From: an uncultured Verrucomicrobiae bacterium | GTDB lineage: Bacteria; Verrucomicrobiota; Verrucomicrobiia; Chthoniobacterales; JAFAMB01 | Assembly (NCBI GenBank): GCA_963782115.1 | Contig: CAWAIK010000001.1 | Span: forward strand, 352,001 to 416,000 | Length of the DNA: 64,000 nucleotides | Reading direction: 5' to 3' | Shown here: piece by piece, positions 56,250-64,000 of the stretch | Position numbering within the stretch: the first letter of the stretch is position 1 | Layout: the number at the start of each line of letters is the position of its first letter | Translations under genes and position numbers: made by a program | The notes under the pieces: generated by a model | The model's database searches: none | What the model was told of the DNA's origin: nothing | The model's input: the letters and a program-made list of their open reading frames with translations, nothing else

Positions 56250-57796
56250 ATTTTCATCGTATTTGCGGTAACTCTGAGATTTATCCAGGCCAGGAACCCG
56301 ACAAGAATGAAAAGCAAAGTGGCGATCGCGCCGACCAAGCCGTAGTTGGTGCCTGAATCAAGAAAAGCAATGTTATAGGTATAGGTCACAAGCAGGTCTG
56401 TTTCGCCCGCATTTCCGCCGACCATTTGCGGACCTCCGGCCGTAAGAAGATAGACGAGAGTAAAGTTATTGAAGTTAAAGGCGAAAGCCGAGATCAGGAT
56501 TGGAATCATTGGCGGAAGTACTAACGGCAATGTTAGGTCAATAAAATCCCGCACTTTATTGCTGCCATCGATCGCACTGGCCTCATAAATCGCGGAGGGT
56601 ATGGACTGAAGCATTCCGGTGCAGATAAGCATCATGTAAGGGTAACCCAACCAAAGGTTCACCAACAAAATCATCGCGCGCGATCCCCATGGATTTGTAT
56701 TCCATTCCGGAGCGAGGCCGAAAATACCTTTCAGCAATGCGTTCACCGCGCCAAATTCCTGGTTGAACAGCCCTTTCATGATCAAGATCGATAGCAAGGC
56801 TGGAACGGCATAGGGGAGAATAAAGAGCGTGCGATAAGTTTGCCGAAAACGCAGATCCTTTTGTTCGAGGAGGACTGACAGCAACATGCCGACAGAGAAG
56901 GTTAGGAAAACCGAGATTGCTGAAAAAGCGAAATTCCAGACGAATATCCTGAAGAACGGGCCTTGGATGCGGGGATCGGTAATGATCCGTAAATAGTTGT
57001 CGAAACCGCTAAACGTTCTGAATCCAACACCGACCGGTTCTCCTTTGTCATTGACAAAGAAGCCGAGCTTGAAGTCGGGCCGAATGACGGTCCCGTCTTT
57101 TTTGCTGGTGAATGAGCCGTCCGGGTTAGGTGTCCAGAGCCGCTCTCGCGCCGCAAAATTTGTCAGCCCGGACAGCGCCACCAACGTTTCGTCCGGAAGG
57201 ATAAATTGACGAGCTCTCATGGGAGTCAACAACTTACCCCTGTTGATCTGGACCATTTCCAGGGGCTTGCCCGGCACCTGCTCGCCCTTGGGCAACGCAT
57301 TGAGCTTCACAGGTTCCTGTTCGGTTTTAGGTTTCACCCCCGGGGTTAGCTCAAAGGGCTCCGACACGAAGCGGCGTGTGGCATCCTTTTCGTCCTCCAA
57401 ATACAGGACGTAGCTGCCATCGTCTTGCGCGTACAACTTGTATTTGTAGGAAGCAGCGTTTGGGCTCAGAAAGGTTTCGTTGCGAACCAACGCTGCACTA
57501 CGGTCGAAACGAAGAAGGTTCTGGGAACTGTATTTCGTGAAACCGATATAAACGGTGTAGGCCAGCGGAAAGATGACAAAAACGCCAAAACCGACAAATC
57601 CTGGGAAGAGATATCGGAACGTGGAGGCCGAGGGGTTCAGGTAAATGAACACCCCCAGCCAGGCCACTACTAGCAGGGTCAGTGCGATCCAGATGTTTCC
57701 GCTCAGGTAGAGTACAAAAGTCAGATAGAGCGAAGGAATCGCCAGCAGCGCTACCAGAATGTGCCGGATTTGCAATCTTCCGATCAAGGAGCTCAT
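56246..57796 (-). CDS. malF: Maltose ABC permease MalF, with large P2 periplasmic loop
   Basis: [55 protein letters not shown]. Confidence 0.93.
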   Translation of the reverse strand: MSSLIGRLQIRHILVALLAIPSLYLTFVLYLSGNIWIALTLLVVAWLGVFIYLNPSASTFRYLFPGFVGFGVFVIFPLAYTVYIGFTKYSSQNLLRFDRSAALVRNETFLSPNAASYKYKLYAQDDGSYVLYLEDEKDATRRFVSEPFELTPGVKPKTEQEPVKLNALPKGEQVPGKPLEMVQINRGKLLTPMRARQFILPDETLVALSGLTNFAARERLWTPNPDGSFTSKKDGTVIRPDFKLGFFVNDKGEPVGVGFRTFSGFDNYLRIITDPRIQGPFFRIFVWNFAFSAISVFLTFSVGMLLSVLLEQKDLRFRQTYRTLFILPYAVPALLSILIMKGLFNQEFGAVNALLKGIFGLAPEWNTNPWGSRAMILLVNLWLGYPYMMLICTGMLQSIPSAIYEASAIDGSNKVRDFIDLTLPLVLPPMIPILISAFAFNFNNFTLVYLLTAGGPQMVGGNAGETDLLVTYTYNIAFLDSGTNYGLVGAIATLLFILVGFLAWINLRVTANTMKI

Positions 57797-58974
57797 TTTC
57801 CCATGTTCTTCCTGGCGTCTTGTAAAGCTACCTGTGGGGTAGCCCCGCCGTCGGTCGCAATCTCAAATGCGGCCTTCATTGAACTCCAGAACTTGCCCAT
57901 CTGGGGAATGTTAGGCATAACTTCTCCGTTCTGACAGTTCTCGTAAGTTACTTTAATGAGAGGGTTCTTGGCGGCCATCTCATCGCAGAGCGATTTTAGC
58001 GCTGGAACTCCGAGCGGCGCATCTGCGTCCATGGCCTTCAGCCCCTCGATGGTGCAGACATATTTCTCTAGAAACTGCACTGCTAAATCGGCGTTTGGGG
58101 TCGAACGGTTCACCATGGCCGTTTGAACCCCGACAAAGGGTTTGCCAGGGTTACCGGCCACCCCTGGAATCGGCGCGAGCTCGAAATCGATCCCGCTCTT
58201 GCGGAGATTAGCCCAATCCCACGGTCCATTGATCATCATTGCCAGTTCGCCGGTGCTCATTTTCTGATCCATCACGGCCTGGGTGGCGCCCTTCGGCATG
58301 GCCCCATCCTTTATCAGGTCGACAATCGCCTGCAGCCCTTGCAGTGCGCCCGGACTGTCGATCCCGACATCTTTGACGTCATAGCCATCCGCGGTTTTCT
58401 TAAAAGAATAAGCTCCGGCGCTGGCGAGGAACGGCCAGCTAAAATAGGGGGTGTTGTAATCCCACATAATCGCGATCACCTTCGGATTCTTTGCTTTGAG
58501 TTCTTTGCTGAAAGCGGGGATTTCTGAGAGCTGGGTGGGTGGTTTTCCAGTGACGAATTTTTTGTTGTAGATTAACGAGACTGCCTCGAGGGAAATAGGG
58601 TAGCCCCAGATTTGTTTGTTATGCGCTACCGCGTCCCACGACATGGGAATAAAGCCGGCCTTAAAATCGTCCTTGATCTCCAGCGGCTTTATCAAACCGG
58701 CATCGGCCCATTCTCCGATGCGATCGTGCGCCCAGAAAAAGATATCAGGACCTTTCCCGGTTTGGGCGGCAGACTGGAACTTTTCGGTGATTTGCTCCTG
58801 GGTTTCAACTTTAACAGGAACACCAACTTCTTTTTCAAAAGTTTTACCAAGGTCACCCAAGGCGTGGTAAGCCCTGTTATCGCTGATCCAGATCAGGAGT
58901 TCGCCGTCGGTCCAGGCAAATGCCTGAGCGGCGAAAAAGCCTAAGAAGATTCCACAAAGGAGCTTTTTGATCAT
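57793..58974 (-). CDS. malE: Maltose/maltodextrin-binding protein MalE
   Basis: L.IWI, GPDIFFWAHDR.G, SLIYNK, KPFVGV, MPNIPQM..FW; signal peptide. Confidence 0.93.
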   Translation of the reverse strand: MIKKLLCGIFLGFFAAQAFAWTDGELLIWISDNRAYHALGDLGKTFEKEVGVPVKVETQEQITEKFQSAAQTGKGPDIFFWAHDRIGEWADAGLIKPLEIKDDFKAGFIPMSWDAVAHNKQIWGYPISLEAVSLIYNKKFVTGKPPTQLSEIPAFSKELKAKNPKVIAIMWDYNTPYFSWPFLASAGAYSFKKTADGYDVKDVGIDSPGALQGLQAIVDLIKDGAMPKGATQAVMDQKMSTGELAMMINGPWDWANLRKSGIDFELAPIPGVAGNPGKPFVGVQTAMVNRSTPNADLAVQFLEKYVCTIEGLKAMDADAPLGVPALKSLCDEMAAKNPLIKVTYENCQNGEVMPNIPQMGKFWSSMKAAFEIATDGGATPQVALQDARKNMGK

Positions 58975-59500
58975 AGCTTGGTGGGGGAATTCGGGGCGGG
59001 TTAAATCCAAATGCAGGCACATCTGTCTGCAATCACAAAAGAAGGGTTCTTCTTTTCCGGGGGTGTCTTGCCATCGACGCTTCTGATTAAATCAGGTTCT
59101 GTTAAGTTCGAACACAACTTTATTCCTCCCGCGACTGGAAGGACCAACCGACCACTCCAGAATAGTGACGCTCTGAATATTAGTGTCCGGTCCCGAATGG
59201 CGCGAAGATAAGGAGAAATTGAGAGGCTGATGCCTCGTAAGGGATTAGGGCGGGTAAGCATAGGCCAGCCTGCATATTGCTCTCATCCAGCGAAGCCTTG
59301 GAGCCTATCAGAGACGGCCGCCAATGAACGAGGCGCGGATATAAAGTGATCGGCCCCGACACAGCCTGGAAGCCTACATTACGCCGGTGGCCACGGACCT
59401 CACCTCCACCGGACGAAAAAGCCCTTAACTTAGCGTCGTTCTGCTCTGTTCCGGAAATAACATGCATTTTGCCGTTGCACAACGTCAACGAGTTGAAATC

Positions 59501-60463
59501 TCAAACACCGTTCATCTCAACAGCAACGGAGCGACTGTGATTATTCAGCCTCAATGCGCCATTTGGTTCGGGCAAGACCTCCCTCGCCACTGTTAGAAAA
59601 TCATTGACCGACGGACTAGCACGCTGTGCGTCCCACACCAGGCTGAGCGGAAACTCTGCTATCGACTCGGTGAGCTTGCGAAAGGAGACACCTGCGTGCG
59701 GGCCTCCCAAGTGCAGCGGTGACAGCAAGCCGACCCCGACGCCGGCACAAATCAGGGTAAAAAAAGCCTCTGCGCTATCCACTGATATCGTCTTTACCGG
59801 TTCGAACCCTGTCTCGAGGAAAATCGAGCGGATCCATTCGAAATAATTGGATGCGTACCTTGGCTCGAAAATGAGAAAGGGCTGATGGGCAAAATCTTGA
59901 AGCCTCGTCTCGCGTCGATGGTCACGCTCTGCCGCCGTTGCGGCTACCGCAACGCCAACCGGTGCGGTCGCGATGATCCAACTGTTTAATGCCCCGGCTG
60001 AACGGCTCGTCGACTCAGGAGCCAGGTAACCAACGCCAAGCTCAGTTCCCTTCTGAACCGCTTCGATCCATTTGAAGTTGTTCTGCTGCAGGATGGAAAC
60101 TTCAACCTTTGGGAAGCGTTCGCGGAAAGCGCGGATCAAATGAGCCAAGAGGCCAGGGCAGATCAGGCCGACGTTGGCGATTCGCAACTCGCCGCCGTAT
60201 TCCCTGGAGGCTTGCTGGGTTGTTTCAACGGCTTGGAGCGCGCATTTGAGCGTTCGGCGAGCACCGGCCAAAAAGGTTTGCCCTGCTGCGGTAAGACAGA
60301 CGTGGTGGTTCGTTCGGTCAAAGAGCCGAGTGCCAATCTCGCTCTCTAGATCGATGATTTGTTCGCAGAGCGACGGGTGGCTGACGCGCAACGTCTGGGC
60401 GGCTTTTCGAAACCCCTGGTGTTCTGCTACGGCTAAAAAGTAGCGGAGGTGTCTAAGTTCCAT
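59501..60463 (-). CDS. LysR-family regulator
   Basis: MELRHLRYFLAVAE..GFRKAA..L.VS.P.L..QI.DLE.EIG..LFDR. Confidence 0.92.
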   Translation of the reverse strand: MELRHLRYFLAVAEHQGFRKAAQTLRVSHPSLCEQIIDLESEIGTRLFDRTNHHVCLTAAGQTFLAGARRTLKCALQAVETTQQASREYGGELRIANVGLICPGLLAHLIRAFRERFPKVEVSILQQNNFKWIEAVQKGTELGVGYLAPESTSRSAGALNSWIIATAPVGVAVAATAAERDHRRETRLQDFAHQPFLIFEPRYASNYFEWIRSIFLETGFEPVKTISVDSAEAFFTLICAGVGVGLLSPLHLGGPHAGVSFRKLTESIAEFPLSLVWDAQRASPSVNDFLTVAREVLPEPNGALRLNNHSRSVAVEMNGV

Positions 60464-60660
60464 GGAAGTTGATAGTGAGTTATCGGGAAGGCAATGGAGC
60501 CTGAGGGCATCGCTGACTCGGCAGCGGGGGTACGGAAAGAAAGGGAAGCGCAGCCGAGGTCGGTTTCAGGTTCTTTACGCGTAAAGTATCGGTTTTTCTT
60601 GATTGGTAAAGTAATATTTGAAATATTTTCCGCCCAAAACATGATGCCAGCTCTGCTACC

Positions 60661-61752
60661 ATGAAACCCACCTTGAAGGCGCGGGGCACCCTGAGGGACG
60701 TCGCCCGGCTGGTCGGGGTCTCGCATACGACCGTCTCCAACGCCTTCAGCCGACCCGATCAGCTTTCGCCCAAGCTGCGCGAAAAAATCCTGGTCGCGGC
60801 GCGTTCGGTGAACTATTCCGGCCCGAACCCGGCTGCGCAAATGCTCACGAGAGGCTTCGCCAACACGATTGCCCTCGTCTACGCGGACCCTTTGTATCAC
60901 GCTTTTGAAGATCCGGCGACTTCGGCTTTCGTGGGCGGGGTAGCCGAAGCGTGCGATCAACGGGGGCTAGGATTGCTTCTCCTCCAAGGGGGGGGAGCCA
61001 CTCTACACACGATCCAGTCCGCTGCCGTCGATGGTCTGATCATCTATTCGATGTCAAAAGAGGGCGAGGCGATCCGAACGATCGCAGATCGGGGTCTACC
61101 GATGGTCGTCGTAGATCAACCGCTGATCCCTAAGGTGCCGTTCGTCGGGATCGATGATCGTGGGGCGGCCCGCGCTTGCGCACAGCACCTCAAAGACCTT
61201 GGACACCAAAGCTTCGCGATCGTGACGTTCCAATTGGGTAGCGACGGACACTGCGGTCTTATCGAAAGAAAACGCTTGAAAGATATCTGCTTCGAAATAC
61301 CCAAGCGGCGGATTGAAGGCTACCTTGAAGTTATCGACGGCAGCGGGCCGGGGTTTTCTGTGATCATCTGGGAATGCCCCAGCTCCAACGAAGAAAGTGG
61401 TAGAACCGCCGCCGAAGGTATCCTGAGAACCGAACCTCGTCCGACCGCCATTCTGGCCACGAGTGATCGCCTGGCAATTGGTGTTATGGAGGCTGCGCGA
61501 GGACATCAACTGCGTGTTCCACAAGATCTTGCGGTGATCGGCTTCGATGATATTCCCGCGGCTAAATTGATCACGCCGCGGCTAACGACGGTACATCAAC
61601 CTATGGCGGACAAGGGCCGACTGGCCGTATCGTTGTTGCTGAAGGAAAAGAGGTCAATGCGAACTATGGTGCCCACGAAGGTTATCGTTCGCCAATCGAC
61701 GGATCTTTCGATTCTCGGGCCGGCACAGGAAAGGGAAATTAACCTGCGTTGA
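60661..61752 (+). CDS. LacI-family regulator
   Basis: TLRDVARLVGVS.TTVS.AF, SD.LAIG, VP.DLAVIGFDD, LTTVHQP. Confidence 0.95.
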   Translation: MKPTLKARGTLRDVARLVGVSHTTVSNAFSRPDQLSPKLREKILVAARSVNYSGPNPAAQMLTRGFANTIALVYADPLYHAFEDPATSAFVGGVAEACDQRGLGLLLLQGGGATLHTIQSAAVDGLIIYSMSKEGEAIRTIADRGLPMVVVDQPLIPKVPFVGIDDRGAARACAQHLKDLGHQSFAIVTFQLGSDGHCGLIERKRLKDICFEIPKRRIEGYLEVIDGSGPGFSVIIWECPSSNEESGRTAAEGILRTEPRPTAILATSDRLAIGVMEAARGHQLRVPQDLAVIGFDDIPAAKLITPRLTTVHQPMADKGRLAVSLLLKEKRSMRTMVPTKVIVRQSTDLSILGPAQEREINLR

Positions 61753-61849
61753 ATTTCATTTTCCACTTAAAATATGAGCCGGCGATCTCTGCCCGGAAAG
61801 TCTGGATGAGTTTTGAGCGTCTGCCTCTATCCCAATTTAAAACACCTAT

Positions 61850-62443
61850 CATGGGAGTTAGCTGTGTTTGATATCTCCTGGAATATAAATGCCTCCAGGA
61901 TTCAAGATCGGATTGATGCGCTCGCTGCGATCACCGATGAAAAAGGGATGATCACGCGCACATATTTGTCCGATGCGACGCTGCGGGGAAATCAGCTTGT
62001 GGCCGGCTGGATGCGGGAAGCCGGGCTCTCGACGAGGGAAGATCGAGTGGGCAATCTGCTGGGACAATCTCTATCGGATCCAGGCAGTCAGATCTTTCTC
62101 CTTGGATCCCACCTGCTCGGAACTTGATGGATTTTCACGATTCTCGGCAGTGAGCGCCACCAACGTCGCGGAACGCTTCGGAATCGGTCGCGTGAAGGGA
62201 CGGATCGCGGAGGGATTCGATGCCGACATCACGTTGGTCGATCTACAGGGGTCCGTAACGATCACTGCAGAACAGTTATTTTACCGTCATACGATCAGCC
62301 CGTACATCGGTTTGGAATTGCGCGCCCTTGTCAAAAGCACCTGGGTACGCGGCCGTGCAGTTTATCGAAACGAAAAATTTTTGGGCCAGGCACAAGGCAG
62401 ACTCCTCACGCCGAGTCAAAACGCTCGACTGAAAACTCAGTAA
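61850..62443 (+). pseudogene. Deletion fusion of allantoate amidohydrolase (M20) N-terminus and allantoinase C-terminus
   Basis: TRTYLS, WMREAGL..RED.VGNL, LLGSHL | S.TN.A.RFG...KG.I..G.DAD..LVD, YRH.ISPY.G, TWVRG. Confidence 0.8.
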
Positions 62444-62516
62444 GCACGTCGGTTTTTTCTTGCGCCGCACTTCGCTTATTCCGCAACCTGTCGCGAAATT
62501 TTGCTGAGTTGCCGGC

Positions 62517-63839
62517 ATGCTCGAACGCTTCTTTTCTCTTAAAGAACACCAGACCTCTGTATCGCAGGAGGTAGTGGCAGGTCTGACGACATTTGCGGCG
62601 ATGGCATACATCCTCGCCGTGAACCCATCTATCCTTTCCACCACAGGCATGGATAAGGGTGCTTTGATTACTGCTACAGCCGTGGCCTCTGGTGTGATGA
62701 CCACGGTAATGGCGCTGGCCACCAACTATCCGATCGCGCTGGCGCCGGGGATGGGGTTGAATGCCTTCTTCGCTTTCACAGTTTGCGGGGCAAAAGGGAT
62801 TCCATGGCAGGCTGCGCTTGGCCTGGTGTTCTACAGCGGCTTGATCTTTCTCGCCCTCTCTATCACCGGGCTGCGGAAGCAGCTCGTTGAAGCCATCCCG
62901 ATTGAGTTGAAATTAGCCATCACCGCCGGGATCGGTTTCTTTATAGCATTTATTGGCCTCAAGAACGGTGGTGTGGTGGTAGCGAATCCGGTGACTTTCG
63001 TCGGTCTGGGCGATCTCTCGAAACCGGGACCGCTGCTCGTGATCGCAGGGATTATCGCCATAGCGGTTCTGGTGACGCGCAAGATACCAGGGGCAATCAT
63101 TTTAGTGATTTTGGCCCTGACAATCGTCGGGCTGATCGTTCCTGCGCCCGATCGGAAAGGAATGATCACGGCGATGCCGATCGGGATAGTTAATTTGCCG
63201 GCGTCCTTAGCGCCTACTTTTCTGAAGTTGGATCTGAGCTATTTTTGGAAAAACTTCTTAGGCGCGCTACCGGTGGTGCTCGCCATATTATTTGTCGATC
63301 TCTTCGATAATATGGGAACCCTGATTGGAGTTTCAAAGCGCGCAGGGTTGCTCGACAAGGACGGGAACTTACCAAAGATTGGGCAAGCGTTTATGGCCGA
63401 TGCCGCAGCGGCTATGTTTGGTTCGATCCTCGGGACCTCCACCGTCACAAGCTATATCGAGAGCGCGGCAGGAGTTGAGGCCGGAGGTAGAACCGGGTTG
63501 ACCGTAATCGCTACGGCTCTTTGTTTCATTCTGGCGCTCTTTTTAACGCCCTTGATTCTGATCATCCCCGCGGTTGCGACGGCGCCTGCTCTGGTGATCG
63601 TGGGCGCGTTTATGATGCAAGGCCTTGCGGAACTAGATCTGAAAGATTTCGAAAAGGCCGCGCCGGCCTTCGTCACAATTCTCGCCATGCCGCTTGCCTT
63701 CAGCATCAGCGAAGGGATCGCCTTCGGCTTGCTTACGTATGTCGGGCTGAAAGTCGGGACCGGAAAGGCAAAGGAAGTTGGTCCGGTGACGTACATTTTG
63801 GCAGTACTGTTTATCCTGCACTTTTTGTTCGGGAGGTAA
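62517..63839 (+). CDS. NCS2-family purine permease (AzgA/PbuG-like)
   Basis: E..AGLTTF.AMAYIL.VNP, ALAPGMGLNAFF, TVTSYIESAAGV.AGGRTGL. Confidence 0.95.
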   Translation: MLERFFSLKEHQTSVSQEVVAGLTTFAAMAYILAVNPSILSTTGMDKGALITATAVASGVMTTVMALATNYPIALAPGMGLNAFFAFTVCGAKGIPWQAALGLVFYSGLIFLALSITGLRKQLVEAIPIELKLAITAGIGFFIAFIGLKNGGVVVANPVTFVGLGDLSKPGPLLVIAGIIAIAVLVTRKIPGAIILVILALTIVGLIVPAPDRKGMITAMPIGIVNLPASLAPTFLKLDLSYFWKNFLGALPVVLAILFVDLFDNMGTLIGVSKRAGLLDKDGNLPKIGQAFMADAAAAMFGSILGTSTVTSYIESAAGVEAGGRTGLTVIATALCFILALFLTPLILIIPAVATAPALVIVGAFMMQGLAELDLKDFEKAAPAFVTILAMPLAFSISEGIAFGLLTYVGLKVGTGKAKEVGPVTYILAVLFILHFLFGR

Positions 63840-63888
63840 CAGAAGGAGGCGGCGAAGGAAGCAAACTGAACGGAGGTAATAAATTGTG

Positions 63889-64000
63889 ATGAGCACGACT
63901 TCCGCGGTCTTCGGAGATTCCCGCACCCACATCGGTCTGCGACACGCCTTGATCGCGCCTGACGGTCAAGTTCCCAGTTCCTTGCCCGGTGTCGAAAAGG
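63889..64000 (+). CDS. (S)-ureidoglycine aminohydrolase-like protein, 5' end (runs off the window)
   Basis: MSTTSAVFGDSRT.....HALIAPDG.V.S.LPG, within a purine-catabolism operon. Confidence 0.65.
   Translation, partial: MSTTSAVFGDSRTHIGLRHALIAPDGQVPSSLPGVEK

Noticed and set aside
59270..59400. SAM-I riboswitch-like start CTCTCATCCAG
   Set aside because: The rest of the consensus (GAGGGA, GGCAACC, GGTGC) is missing and no suitable gene follows.
62444..62516. Purine riboswitch upstream of the NCS2 permease
   Set aside because: The 73-bp gap lacks the conserved TTTCTACC / CCGTAAA core.

Overview
A 64-kb, heavily decayed accessory region from a bacterium of moderately high GC. Protein families and repeat styles suggest Verrucomicrobiota, probably Chthoniobacterales/Spartobacteria (inference). 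Intact genes include tRNA-Leu(TAA), a HigBA pair, a ribitol-dehydrogenase-like SDR, an MscS/MscK-like channel, RecD2, two outer-membrane porins (one LamB-like), phosphoketolase, malEFG, LysR/LacI/RpiR regulators and an NCS2 purine permease. They are embedded in fused gene fragments and mobile DNA. The mobile DNA includes a tRNA-adjacent island (xis, TraK/TraL-like genes, phased TGGAAA array), IS630, IS701, an ISNCY/IS5-like IS inside a tyrosine integrase, and IS66/IS4/IS110/Mu-like remnants. Most notable: (1) an ORF-less group II intron (~18660-19447); (2) a large-serine-recombinase element whose right end sits at the LGIPTV motif of a second group II intron RT; (3) a RAYT-type Y1 HUH transposase flanked by ~20 GGGACAGGTC motifs that bound shuffled REPIN-like modules; (4) a 335-bp TG..CA mini-transposon with Tn7/Tn5053-like repeated end sites. 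No CRISPR array or rRNA was seen. Family calls come from recognising motifs by eye; no database search was run. Some frameshifts could be sequencing errors.
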